The notes beneath the pieces are model-generated. The model worked only from the letters and a program-made list of their open reading frames with translations, did no database searches and was not told the DNA's origin. 64,000 nt of DNA from Macrostomum lignano (Eukaryota), in assembly GCA_002269645.1 (NCBI GenBank), contig NIVC01000843.1:124001-188000 (forward strand), written 5' to 3'. Positions 51,500 through 64,000 of the stretch are shown one piece after another; position 1 is the stretch's first letter; every line of letters starts with the position of its first letter. A program made the translations under genes and the position numbers.

Positions 51500-52696
51500 A
51501 TTGATTTCGGCACTCGAGGAATACATTGAATTCTGCACTCGAGGAATACATTGATTCCTGCACTCGAGGAATACATTGATTCCGGAACTCGAGGAATACA
51601 TTGATTCCGGAACTCGAGGAATCCATTGATTTCTGCACTCGAGGAATACATTGATTCCTGCACTCGAGGAATACATTGATTTCTGCACTCGAGGAATACA
51701 TTGATTCCTGCACTCGAGGAATACATTGATTTCTGCACTCGAGGAATACATTGATTCCGGAACTCGAGGAATACATTGATTCCTGCACTCGAGGAATGCA
51801 TTGATTCCTGCACTCGAGGAATACATTGATTTCGACACTCGAGGAATACATTGATTCCGGAACTCGAGGAATACATTTATTTCGGCACTCGAGGAATACA
51901 TTGATTCCTGCACTCGAGGAATACATTGATTTCGGCACTCGAGGAATACATTGATTCCTGCACTCGAGGAATACATTGATTCCGGAACTCGAGGAATACA
52001 TTGATTTCGGCACTCGAGGAATACATTGATTTCGGAACTCGAGGAATACATTGATTCCTGCACTCGAGGAATACATTGATTTCTGCACTCGAGGAATACA
52101 TTGATTCCTGCACTCGAGGAATACATTGATTTCTGCACTCGAGGAATACATTGATTTCGGCACTCGAGGAATACATTGATTTCGGAACTCGAGGAATACA
52201 TTGATTTCGGCACTCGAGGAATACATTGATTTCTGCACTCGAGGAATACATTGATTTCGGCACTCGAGGAATACATTGATTTCGGAACTCGAGGAATAAA
52301 TTGATTTCGGCACTCGAGGAATACATTGATTTCTGCACTCGAGGAATACATTGATTTCGGAACTCGAGGAATACATTTATTTCGGAACTCGAGGAATACA
52401 TTGATTTCGGAACTCGAGGAATACATTTATTTCGGAACTCGAGGAATAAATTGATTTCTGCACTCGAGGAATACATTGATTTCTGCACTCGAGGAATACA
52501 TTGATTCCTGCACTCGAGGAATACATTGATTTCTGCACTCGAGGAATACATTGATTCCGGAACTCGAGGAATACATTGATTCCGGAACTCGAGGAATACA
52601 TTGATTCCTGCACTCGAGGAATACATTGATTTCTGCACTCGAGGAATACATTGATTCCGGAACTCGAGGAATACATTGATTTCGGCACTCGAGGAA
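51500..52696. repeat. 25-bp minisatellite with internal palindrome, ATTCCT-GCACTCG-AGGAAT-ACATTG (~47 copies)
   Basis: Visible; constant CTCGAGGAATACATTGATT with a 5-nt variable patch; no unique spacers. Confidence 0.96.
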
Positions 52697-54169
52697 ATAC
52701 TTCGACGTCGATTTAATTGTTACGCCTCTCACTTTCGGCCGATTCTAGACTTCAAGAAGACCATCCCGGGAGGAACAGATCTGCGAAGACGAGCTCTACA
52801 GACGCGCGCGACAAAAAAAAGGAACCAAAAAACGAGCTCGGAAAACTGTCCGACAAAGAAGAGGAGCTCGCAACAGTAAGTGATCACTAAATTTTGTTCC
52901 CAGGCTTAGGGTCTGGAAGTGGGAGTTCGAGCGTTTGGACACTAGACATAATTCTCTCTCTCTCTCACTCTTCTCTTTCTCTCTCTCTCTCTAGTGTGGT
53001 AAAGCGAACTCTTTATATTTAATGAAGTGCTTGTTTGAGAATGAGACACTGATGAGAATAAGTGAGACAATAATGAGAATGAGTGAGACACTGATGAGAA
53101 TGAGTGAGACACTCTGATGAGAATTAGTGAGACACTGATGAGAATGAGTGAGACACCCACATGGAAAGAGTGCTTAATAGTGCTTAAAAAGAACAACAAA
53201 CTCAAAACAAGCAGAACAGAAATTTTGAATTATAGGCAGTAGGCAAAATCAAAAAGTCTGTATATTGAAAATAAAGACAGTTTATTGCACAATTTATATA
53301 ATTATTGCGAGTAACTACTGCAAATTTAGAAAAAAATTCTGTAGAAATTTTAGGTTTCTTTGAAAACTTCAAAAATAATTAACGCAGCCGATTTCTACAT
53401 AAAGTACATTGTGTTAACAGATTAAACGAGATTTAACTGGGATACAAAAATAAGAGATTTTCATAAGCGATGAAAAAATACACACTATTGTACTAAATAT
53501 TGGCAAAAAATTGTTATTAACACTCGGCGAGATTCAATCATCACTACCTAATCCGCAAAAATGTGAAAACAAAATACTCATTATCAAGTGACCAGAAATG
53601 TTTTTGGCAAAATATTCTATTGACTGAAGGGTTCTTAGCTAATAAAAGTAGAATAATTTAGGCATGCATTGAATAATTTAGATTTTAACTGAAAAAAATG
53701 TAAATGGTAAGCATTCCATACGCATCACCTAAAAAAAGTTGGTTCATTCCTTACGAAAACATTAGCAGAAATTTATTCAACAAGCAATTAATAGCGGATA
53801 ATGATTTGAGTACAGTATTATGACCGATTTATTATTACGATTGAGAAAATTTTAAAAAATTAAAAAAATTGACCAATTTTTTACAAGGCCGGTTTCCCTG
53901 CAAAATTCATTGAAGGAATTTTTCATATTTTTAAGCCCTGAATTAACAATGACTGGCCATCTGGACTTACGAGTTTATGGGTGATTTCTAAACATATTTT
54001 TCAGTTTTTCTAGGAAAATTACACTAAAGAGATAAGGCAAATCCAGTGCGTGTGCATACTGCATAGCCAGCAAGAGAAAAAAGGAATGGCGCCTCAGCTT
54101 CCAGCCAGGCCGATAAACAAGTTCGCTTTCCTTTTGCCTGCTTGTGCCTGACTTTTGACCTCTATCTCC

Positions 54170-54375
54170 TTAGTGCTCTCTCATTGGCTGGGCAAGATTG
54201 GGCCTGCCCCCCCAGACTGTGTTTCGTCCGTCTGACTTTCACCTCTCTCCTTACTGCTCTCTCATTGGCTGGGCAAGATTGGGCCTGCCCCTTCAGACTG
54301 CGTTTCGTCCGTCTGACTTTCACCTCTCTCCTTACTGCTCTCTCATTGGCTGGGAAAGATTGGGCCTGTCTCCTA
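54170..54375. repeat. 81-bp tandem repeat (~2.5 copies)
   Basis: TCATTGGC at 54181, 54262, 54343. Confidence 0.85.
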
Positions 54376-54890
54376 GACTGGATTTTGAAACTGTTTATTC
54401 TCGTTAACTCTATATGCTCCAGAGGCCACAACTCCCCCCCCCCAAGGAAAGGAAAGTTAAGCAGCTACATTGGTAGCATGTAATGGAAAAAATAGCTTGA
54501 TAGAGCACAATACCTGCTTTATTTGTTACGAAAGTCCAGAAGTAAGATATCTGGAAATTTAGTCCAGAAAAATGAAAATGAAAATTTTAATGAATTGACA
54601 ATTTCCTGTCTCGTCTCAAATTTTCCAGCGAAAACTGGTCTCTATCGAAAATTTGCAAGAGTTGAGAGTGTGACGTTCTTCTGTCCACGACTCCGCTAGT
54701 GTCCAGGACAACTCTAGTCTAACGTTAAAGAAAGACACCCCCTCCGATTGGTAGTGGTTTCGATAGCTCCGATTCCACTACTTAGGAAAAAATAATCTGG
54801 AATAAATAAGTTTTCAAAAAAGACACACAATCGGCACTCTCGGTTGTTAAAATTGGTGTTCTGAGCTTCGTTTATAACTGTAAAGCGGTC

Positions 54891-57800
54891 TCACACGCTC
54901 TGGTAGCCGTCTCGAGCAGCTGCCCTTCTTCTTCCAATCAAATAAGCGACAAGCACAATGACTACCAGAGCGGCCAGAGACGCTCCAACCACGATAGGCA
55001 CAATATTGTTCACCTGATCCGACAGGCAGTCCTTCTTAGTGCCAGTAAAAAATCCTGTGCTATTCTTGGAAGTGTCACGAAAGGCTTGCACAATAAACTC
55101 TTTGCCAGTTAGAGCGATAACCGTTTTATCCGAACTGTAAGGAACTGTTGGTCCTGGCAGAGTTAAATTCACCACCTGACAATCATAGTAACCGTTGCTA
55201 GGCACTTTGCTAGGCACTAAATCGCTACTGACATTGGTTTGGAAAATTTTTCCAACATCCGTGGCACCTGGGAACACAGCGGCATCATTAACATTGTAGA
55301 CTAAGCTGAGTCCACTTAGCCCGTAATCGCTGGCCGTCCTTTTGAAAAAGAAAGTCAGAATCCAGTCATTAAAAAAATTCACCATCATTGTCTGCTCTAT
55401 CGGAGCAGTTTTGTTCACGTCGTCGCCGCAATCTCCGGTAACTGTGGCGTCTTTGCGTATGAAAACTGTTGCCATAGCAACCATGCCAGGTCGCAGGTAG
55501 GGTATTTGCAATTGCAGTCTGGACTGCAGACGAATGCAAGGTAGATCTGTGAGAGCGCTGTTCACGGTCAGCGTTAGCAGAGGCGGCTGTGACGGCGGAG
55601 CGCTGTGTGTACGGGGCGAATTGATGCCTTTAGAAAACTTGACTTCACGTTTCCATAATCAATCAGATTTCTAATTTGGGGAGATATATGACTCAAAGGG
55701 GATTTCTAATTTGTGAAGATGGATGACTTAAAGGGGGTTTCTAATTTGTGGAGATATATGACTCAAAGGGGGTTTCTAATTTGTGGAGATGGATGACTCA
55801 AAGGGGATTCTCTAATTTGGGGAGATGGATGATTCAAGAGGATTCTCTAATTTGGGGAGATGGATGATTCAAGGGGATTCTCTAATTTGGGGAGATGGAT
55901 GATTCAAGGGGATTCTCTAATTTGGGGAGATGGATGATTCAAGAGGATTCTCTAATTTGGGGAGATGGATGATTCAAGGGGATTCTCTAATTTGGGGAGA
56001 TGGATGATTCAAGGGGATTCTCTAAGTTGGGGAGATGGATGATGATTCAAGGGGATTCTCTAATTTGGGGAGATGGATGATGATTCAATGGGATTCTCTA
56101 ATTTGGGGGGAGATGGATGATTCAAGGGGATTCTCTAATTTGAGGAGATGGATGATTCAAGGGGATTCTCTAATTTGGGGAGATGGATGATGATTCAAGG
56201 GGATTCTCTAATTTGGGGAGATGGATGATTCAAGGGGATTCTCTAATTTGGGGGGGGGGGATGGATGATTCAAAGGGATTTTCTTATTTTCCAAGCTTAT
56301 TGAGGAAAAAGTTATTTTTACCTTACTACACTAAAGACAAATCTAATCAAACACGGCTATTATTTAATAACTAACACCATCAGTTAATGCTCATTCTAAA
56401 CAAACAAAATAAAAGTGAATAAATTTTTCGCTGTAAATTAAATTTTCACATCCTTAAAACTCATATCCTACAAGTAAGCTCGGGCGCTTTGGCATACGCA
56501 GCACTTGGAAGCACCAAGTGAATTCGATAACTATCTTCTACAGTTACTGTACATCGTTAAGCTTTGCTTTCATTTCAACACTTTCAACAGATTTTCAGTT
56601 GCAAATCTAAACTCTGCGTTCAAGAATGACGCATCAAAACTGCTAGAATTTTCACTTTTTAGTCCGTTTGTTTTAACTTTAACATTTTGCAAAAGTATTA
56701 GGCCCAACATATTGACATTTCTGTATAAACATTTGTATAAACATTTGTACATATTTGGCAATTTGTGCTTAAGACCTTTTAAAATGCAGACAGATATTAT
56801 TGAATAAAATGAAATTTAAACACTCTTTGAATTAACTTATCAGCGAGCCAAATATTAGCAGTTAAATACCCCCTGAGGCAGCTAATCAGTGAGTGCAGGG
56901 TGTGAGTCAGCAGTTAAATACCCCCTAAGGCAGCTAATCAGTGAGTGCAGGGTGTTAGTCAGCAGTTAAATACCCCCTAAGGCAGCTAATCAGTGAGTGC
57001 AGGGTGTGAGTCAGCAGTTAAATACCCCCTAAAGCAGCTAATCAGTGAGTGCAGGGTGTTAGTCAGCAGTTAAATACCCCCTAAGGCAGCTAATCAGTGA
57101 GTACACAATGTTAATCAGCAGTTAAATACCCCCTAAGGCAGCTAATCAGTGAGTGCAGGGTGTTAATCAGCAGTTGAATACCCCCTGATGCAGCTGATCA
57201 GTGAGTACACAATGTTAATCAGCAGTTGAATACCCCCTGATGCAGCTGATCAGAAGGTACAGAGCATTGTTTAGCAACAAAACAAACCTGGTAGTGGTAG
57301 TGATCGGTGCCACAGTAGTAGAATTGGAGTCTTCAGGGCACCTCGCCACTTTGCTGCTTAATGTGCCATTGGTCACATTGAATGCCTTGAATTGATATTA
57401 TATAAAAAGTTTCTAATGCATTAATATGAACAAAAACGAATGAAACATAAATATGCGCTATTTATCTAAAAGAGCTTACCTGAATGAGAGTTCCAGATGT
57501 GAATTTCAGATTTGCAATGCTGCTCAAAGTTTTATTATCAGGCTTAACTGGCAAGTCGAGATCAGATTTGCAGGCAAAGCATTCTGTATTACTCGACAGT
57601 GGCAAATCTGTCTTGGCAACAAAATGCACTGGACCAGGGGTCATTGGGTTCTTAAAATGATTGCCATTGACAATATTAATTGTCAAACTGATATTATCCA
57701 GTGTCACCTGTCCATCTTGATGACTAGAAAATCTAAAGCCAACAAAGGCATCGGTGACATTTATGTAAATCTCAGACCAGTTTCTATTAGGCGATTTTGA

Positions 57801-59857
57801 AGCACAGAGTCCGCTAGTTGCATTTTGACCTGGTTTGCCTAATGTCCAGGATGTTGAAACCTGAAATGTGTTGTTAATATCAGATAACAGTTATTCAGAT
57901 CAGGTCAAATAGATCAACAACAACACTCTTATTTTGTTTCAAAATACAGAAAAAAGCCTAGGGTTGTTGCATACCCAGTGTAAGTACCTGTATTCTTGCA
58001 TGCATCTATGCTTAGGGTTCATAGATAGTTTACATATCTACCAGCCTGGTTAACAATCAAAAATAACATGCAAAACTGTTTATTTTGTACACTGAACTTT
58101 AGCTAGCTAACTAAACTAGATCACATTCTTAATAACAAAGTGTTTCTTATATTGCAGACTTTCATTGTTTAAGGCAGCCAATAGCAAAGCAGTGTAGAAG
58201 GATACAAGTATAAAGTCTCATTTCATAGAGCTCTGTTGTAGCTAGTGTATATGGCAATAGGAAGTTACAACTAGGTTTTTAGGCAAAACATACAGATATG
58301 GAAGTGATCATAGTGAAAGCATATTTTCCATAGCTAGTAGCCATTCAATAACAGAAACTTAATAAACCATTAGGAGCCCTAGATTTTATGGGTGGGGATA
58401 GTGAAAATGATGAATTCTGCCAATTTTAAAGCTCTTGTAAAGGGACATTTAAAATCCTTAGGATTTGATACTCAAACAAAGGAGATCTTTGATGAAAAAA
58501 TATTATAAATTTGGGAGGGTTAGATGCTAAATTTATAAGATAGATATGGCTATAAACTATTCTTTTTATATAATAAATAAATAAGGTATAATAGATTTAG
58601 ATTTTATATATAGATTGTATATAGATTGTATATTATACATTGTATTATATACTAATGGTACCCTATATAAATATGGTATCATATTAACTTACCTAAGGGA
58701 AAAATAAATCTATGCCTAAAACAAACTTGTGCCTATAATTACTACTCTTAACCATTACCTTCTAGCAATGCTTTGCTATTACTATGGCTCCCTATTGTAG
58801 GAACATAGTTGCTGCTATAGACAAAAAATTAACATTAGCATTTAGCAGTCAATACTATTCTATTTTGTAGCATCCTCCTTCGTCTAGCCACTGCTGCATA
58901 GTTGCTGTCTTGTGTCAATGTGAAGCTTTATAATTTTACAATAGCTCTCTTATTAGTAGCAGGTTGTAAGTGAGCTGCTAGTGCTAGGGACTAGCCATAA
59001 TCAAAGACTTATGCAGCTTTGGGTAGCTGGGCATACGCATATGAGCTATTGCAGCTGTGCTATTAGCAGAAAGCACATAGTTAATAGTATAGCTAGCTAC
59101 TTAATGTTAATAGAACAGTGTCACTAGTATTTTAATGGTGCTAAATTTGAAATCTATGAAGCATATATATGCATAGTATAGCATTTTAACTGCAAAAAAT
59201 TAGAATGATTAATATTAATAAATTTTTTTATATATACTGAAGTATATAAAAATATTAAGTTCTTTATATAATTTTTATTTTCATTTTAATCTAATCAATG
59301 ATATAAATTTTTTAATAGCTAAAGTCTCAATTTTTCAACATTTAAAAAACATAATTTCAATTCTAACTCTTCTTTAATTACCTAGCTTTTTAGTGTTGAT
59401 TGACAGTGTCAATAATAAGACAAAAAATAATATTAATAACAGAATAGATTTGAAATATAAGTTACACAGACACTCTTAGGTAATAATTTTCTTACTGTTT
59501 TATTAAGGTTGTTGACATAGTCCACAGACACTCGGAGGGTTGAATTGATGATGATGCAAGTTGTATTGTCTTGTTTTAGCTCGTAAACTGCAGCATAACT
59601 GGCGCCTGCGCCTGAAAAGACAGATGAGTTATTTCTATTTATTTATTAAATGTCGAAAACCAACTTCAAGTTCAAGGAATTATAGACTAAAATATGATTG
59701 CTAATTCAGGAGCAAAAAAGTAACGTTTATCGAAACATTAGAGCATAGCCTGAGGTTGAGGCTAAGTTAAGGTCTGGCAAACTATTCAATGTTCAAATTC
59801 GTACTTACCCAAACTGATGATAAACAGAAGAGACACAGCATAAACAACGAATCGCAT
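54891..59857 (-). CDS. lamp1: Lysosome-associated membrane glycoprotein with two luminal LAMP domains (451 aa): join(59809..59857,59496..59611,57480..57860,57288..57385,54891..55602)
   Basis: Signal peptide MRFVVYAVSLLFIISLG; TCII..., QAF..C-x-x-D domain ends; Thr/Pro hinge; many N-x-S/T sites; TM IVPIVVGASLAALVVIVLVAYLI; C-terminal GYQSV sorting motif; phases 1,0,0,2 compatible. Confidence 0.9.
55670..56280. repeat. ~35-38-bp minisatellite AATTTGGGGAGATGGATGATTCAAGGGGATTCTCT
   Basis: Visible; LAMP intron. Confidence 0.92.
56855..57255. repeat. 52-bp minisatellite CAGCAGTTAAATACCCCCTAAGGCAGCTAATCAGTGAGTGCAGGGTGTTAGT
   Basis: GTTAAATA at 56861, 56913, 56965... Confidence 0.92.
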
Positions 59858-60943
59858 TGTCAGGAATGAATTTTTAGCTCAAAACTCAGTATCTAAACCA
59901 GTAGAAAAACCAGAAAAGATGGGTGCAGTTCAGTTTAAGAGAGAGCAGCAGGAAATAATCTGGGACCGAAGTAAAAATGATTTTGTTTTCTAACAATTTT
60001 CTAAAGTTAAATACAGGCTATTTACTAACCGTTATAACAAAATTTACAATTATCGCTATTGTTAGCGTAAACGTAACGAGAGCTAACTAAATAACCTAAG
60101 TAGTAAATAATACATATTTTCAGCTCTTAAGTTCGAATTGTAAACTAATGAAGTCTGTTTTCTCGCGCTAGTCTTTCTACTAGTTGTTAAAACCGCATGG
60201 ATAGTCAAAGAGCTAGTCTCATACTGCCATCGGATAAGCCAAACTCGTATAATCAAACCGCTTTTATATTTTTTGACAGTGACCACAAAGACCACTGTAG
60301 TATGCAGTTATGAAGTGGTCCTTGCTATGAAAAATTGCTTTTTTTCAGAGCATTGTGAAGAAATATTCAAAGGAATTCGCTTAAAGCGAACGCTTTTTTA
60401 GATGACAGTTTGACCACAGAACCACAGAGCGCTATATTGCATTTATTATTAGCGCTCTATCGACTTATTGCACACGATCCTGCCATTGGGCTAAATTACA
60501 ACTGTAAAATTAAGAACTCGCACATCATTGTAAACGAAACATTTAGCGAGATTATTATCAATAGAACCAATGTTGTCAGAAATAAAAACATCAATTTGTC
60601 GAATTTTCAAATCGAAAGTTATATTTACGACGTTTAGAAAATGCAAATAATAGATTACATAGTAAGCGAACAGTCGCATTTAATCAGATATTCGGTTTTT
60701 GTTTCGCATGCATGTGGATTGTATATTTACACAAAATAAACATAATGTAGGACAAAGAGGGAAAGACAAGAGGTTTCTGGGAGAAATTTAGAAAACTTCC
60801 AGAACTCAACTATAATTTTTAAAACATAATTGGGTATATTTTTGCAACTTATTGCGACTTGTTCGGTAGTTAGTTCCGCAAATTTAAAACTTGGGGTCAT
60901 GCAGCCTTTTTATTTGATTATAACAAACAAAAAAATAACGAAT

Positions 60944-61948
60944 TTATCTAGTAGAACTGCCACCAGCACCGCCACACTTATTACGCAGGTTTACCAGGTA
61001 GAGTAGATCGCTTAAACTCTCTTCAGTCTCGTCGTCACAAATATCATCAAGTCTGGCTTCTGCAGCGGCTGCCTCCGGGGATGCATGTCGTCTTCCTCGT
61101 CTGCCACGCTGTCGACTTGTCGTCGTTCCACCGGCAGCCGCGTCCGAACGCAGCTTGGCCTCGGCTTCGGCTTTGTAAACGGGGCGCCAATAGTATGGCG
61201 ACTTATTCTGATCGAGTCGCTGATTAACTAACAATCTGCAGCCGTCCGCCGCTAACTGCAAAGCTATTTTAGCCACATTAACTGCATCGTCCAGACCGCA
61301 GTGCGGCCTGCCCTCGAATTCCAGGCCAAGAGCGGCCAGCATGCCAGACAAATTGAGCTTCCTTTCTAGTGCATAGTGACGCTGGAATGTGATCCTCAGA
61401 TTCACCCAATAGTGCGCCCAAGCTGGCACTGGAATGCCGTCGAGAGAGCACTGAAGGCGCAGAAATGTTGCCACATCTGCTTGACAGTCGGCAGCCAGAG
61501 CCAGCGGCTCAGTCAATGCGTCAGAATGCTGCAGCCAAGCTTGAACGGCGGCCAGTGCGGCTGGGAAACTCGGCGCCGAGTCCACAACATCCTGCTCAAT
61601 GCCAGTAAACTGACGACAGAACTCAGACAGTTTAGGATGCAGTTTAGGCCGACAATAGGTGTGAAATTTATCTACAACTTTGCCCTCGTGTAGATCTAGT
61701 AATACTAATGGAAATTCGATGATTTCGTGCTGATAATTATCGGGATTTTGACTCTCGCAGGTGGCTTCAAAGTCTACAACTAGCAGGTAGCGATAGGCCT
61801 GTTCAACTCGAGCCTGCTTGTAGCTGCGAATTCTACGACTCAGGATTTCAGCATTGCCTCGACAGTCCAGGCCAGCGTCTGATGCTGCTACGCGGAGTTG
61901 ACGTAACTCGCGCTCCTCAGCTGAGTCATTGTCAGCTGATGAGCTCAT
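60944..61948 (-). CDS. eri1: 3'-5' exoribonuclease ERI1 (SAP-like + DEDDh domain), uninterrupted CDS, 334 aa
   Basis: YLLVVDFEATC, EIIEFP, F..YCRP..HP.LSEFC..FTGI.Q..VD.A, GLEFEGRPHCGLDDA.N; N-terminal SAP-like segment GLDCRGNAEILSRRI. Confidence 0.93.
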   Translation of the reverse strand: MSSSADNDSAEERELRQLRVAASDAGLDCRGNAEILSRRIRSYKQARVEQAYRYLLVVDFEATCESQNPDNYQHEIIEFPLVLLDLHEGKVVDKFHTYCRPKLHPKLSEFCRQFTGIEQDVVDSAPSFPAALAAVQAWLQHSDALTEPLALAADCQADVATFLRLQCSLDGIPVPAWAHYWVNLRITFQRHYALERKLNLSGMLAALGLEFEGRPHCGLDDAVNVAKIALQLAADGCRLLVNQRLDQNKSPYYWRPVYKAEAEAKLRSDAAAGGTTTSRQRGRRGRRHASPEAAAAEARLDDICDDETEESLSDLLYLVNLRNKCGGAGGSSTR

Positions 61949-62530
61949 GGCGCAACCAGTATTGAGTTAATTGACTCTAACTAGTTTTTGGGCTTGGCTG
62001 ACCTGAAAATTGGAAATTTTAAATTATTAAATCATAAAATTTCGATAAAAAAAACAATTCACTTCTAATGCGATTTTACTGCCAACCCTAGCCATAACCT
62101 AACCTTAATTGTCAGCAATTTTAATTTGTGAAAAATAACTAACATAAAAGGTAATTCCATAAATGCTAACTGTTATAATATAACCTATTACTTGTAGTGT
62201 GTTAGTACAATAGATACGTTTTAAAAGCTACAATTGAAATTTTTATTGAATTGTTTTTATTGAAAAGCAGTGCACAGTGGCTATTAAATGGCACATGACT
62301 TGACAGCTTTCTGTGGGACCATGACAATGTCAGTCCACATACCAATGACTGGACACCAGACCAAAATGCATAACACAGCACTGTATCCAGCTGCTGCTAC
62401 ATCCTTATTTGCCCACACCAGAAGTGCTGTGCAACATCTTGTCTAAAAACCTATAGTGATCCTTGTATACTGTCAGATTGAAACTTTAACCTATCATTAT
62501 AGACAATTTTTATTGAACTGAATTAACTTT

Positions 62531-62680
62531 AAGTACCTGGGTCACTGCATCGACATCAATGGAGTGAGATCACTAGCAAAGGCGATTAAGATGGAGAAGT
62601 TGACAGACCTGGACTTCACCCTATTAACAGTTGTACCTACCTGATTGTGGATGCCTTTAGTAAGTGGTTGGAGATTTAGC
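62531..62680 (+). mobile_element. Degenerate Ty3/gypsy LTR-retrotransposon pol remnant (RT end fused to integrase start)
   Basis: KYLGHCIDINGV (RT C-terminal motif), then DLDF and, after a frameshift, YLIVDAFSKWLEI* (integrase core). Confidence 0.7.
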
Positions 62681-63404
62681 AAGGTGCACAGCAGTGTTGC
62701 ATTTGAGACGTGTGTAGTAGCTGTTTAATAACTTGTTGAATAGGCTGGCATCTATTGCATTTATTGCAGATAATACTCTTAGCAAGTGAGGCAGGGTTGT
62801 ATGAACTATCTTCTATATTACTAACAGTAGCTAAACCCGAACATTTTATTGCAACCAATCAGGTAATTTCTCTCCATTTGTTTAAATCCCACAATAAGTC
62901 CATTTTTTGTTATAACTCTATTAATTGTTTAAATGCGGCCCCCTCCCTCAAAAATTTGATGTCCTCATGTCCTCTTAGTAGCTCATGAAAGCATATTTAA
63001 GTCTGCACCCCTCCTTTCCCAGCCAGACTCTCATTTTTGACCACTGTCCCAACCATTGTTAGGACTCTAGCAGACTTTTTTGCAGCCGCATCCCAGACTC
63101 CAAGATACAAAGGGACCCTATGTATAAGCCTAGTCTCCCATCATGACCAGCTCCTTTCTTGACTGACCATCCAATCTATTTTAACTAATAACAATAACAA
63201 CTAATATTCAGTTCTCTGGCCAATTACTAATCCTAGTGAGACAGGTCCCATTTCAAATATTTCTTGTCCTCGCCGGCCAGTGGATGCAAACGGACGCAGC
63301 CCACCCTACCTGCTGGCCGAACCTGAGTCATCCCAGCACCAGCGCAAGACCTGGCACGCAGGCGCCGAAGCCGTTAGGACGAGCATCCGCGTCAAGAACC
63401 TCGG

Positions 63405-64000
63405 ATGGAGGTGCGCCGGTTGGCGCCGCTACAGCCATCTCATCGCGGCGATCCTCTTGCGGTCGCCAGGGAGCGAGCCGCCGCCATCCAGCTCTGGCTA
63501 GATCCGCTGCGAGCAGTCCAGGCTGACTCTCGGCCGCCAGCAGTTGACAAGCTGATTTCGCCAGCCCGACCTGATTCTCCACCGGTGCAGCCACTAGCCG
63601 AGCCTCAGGCGCAGGGCTTGCCCGTTCACCAGCGCCAAGCTGAGGATGTGCTCCAACTGTTCGGGAGTATGTCAAGCTCCTTGCAAGAAGAGCCGGGGGA
63701 AGACCAGCTCCCGGCACTGCAGGACCTGCTGGCTGCCAACACCCCAACTTCGCCAATTGTAGCAGGCTCTCCTGAATTGCTGGACGCAAGAAATGAGGTG
63801 CTGCACACGCCACCTCAGCCACTCTCGCCGCCGCCAGGACATTATTTGGGCATATTAACACCACCGCCTCAGCCTGATGTCATCAATTTGGATGACATCC
63901 TGACACCGCCCACGCCGCCGACTCCTCAATTCTGCCGACCATCACCAGTGCTGTCGCCGCCCCGCTTGTTCAGCAAAACAGAACTAGCAGAGGCGATCAG
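63405..64000 (+). CDS. Pro/Ser-rich ORF of unknown function, open to the window end (>=198 codons)
   Basis: ATG at 63405 after an in-frame TAG; no stop to 64000 (MEVRRLAPLQPSHRGDPLAVARERAAAIQLWLDPL...TPPTPPTPQFCRPSPVLSPPRLFSKTELAEAI); GC-rich; absent from the ORF track because it lacks a stop. Confidence 0.45.
   Translation, partial: MEVRRLAPLQPSHRGDPLAVARERAAAIQLWLDPLRAVQADSRPPAVDKLISPARPDSPPVQPLAEPQAQGLPVHQRQAEDVLQLFGSMSSSLQEEPGEDQLPALQDLLAANTPTSPIVAGSPELLDARNEVLHTPPQPLSPPPGHYLGILTPPPQPDVINLDDILTPPTPPTPQFCRPSPVLSPPRLFSKTELAEAI

Noticed and set aside
51384-52732. CRISPR-like array and repeat ORFs
   Set aside because: Palindromic units are contiguous with no unique spacers, no cas genes, and eukaryotic context
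60944-61948. ERI1 as a processed pseudogene
   Set aside because: ORF and DEDDh residues are intact, no polyA tail or TSD seen, and an upstream acceptor exists at 62002

Overview
Eukaryotic (animal) genomic DNA with GC-rich exons and introns packed with unrelated minisatellites. The style resembles a free-living flatworm such as Macrostomum; this is an inference, not verified. Nearly all very long ORFs in the supplied track are artefacts of tandem repeats. Manual splice-site and phase reconstruction gives eight consecutive minus-strand genes: a polyQ/coiled-coil protein running off the left edge, an NK2-class homeobox gene (nkx2-2-like), a NOL4/NOL4L-like gene, two tandem genes fusing an N-terminal ankyrin-repeat array to an apparently catalytically intact caspase, a small secreted orphan protein, a two-domain LAMP, and ERI1. 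A Ty3/gypsy pol remnant and a Pro-rich plus-strand ORF lie at the right edge. The most unusual system is the ankyrin-caspase pair. It shows a mosaic, conversion-like ANK exon, divergent protease domains, an intron present in only one copy, a duplicated promoter/first exon, and a possible in-frame splice from the upstream secreted-protein gene. Gene models come from reading by eye; repeat boundaries are approximate.
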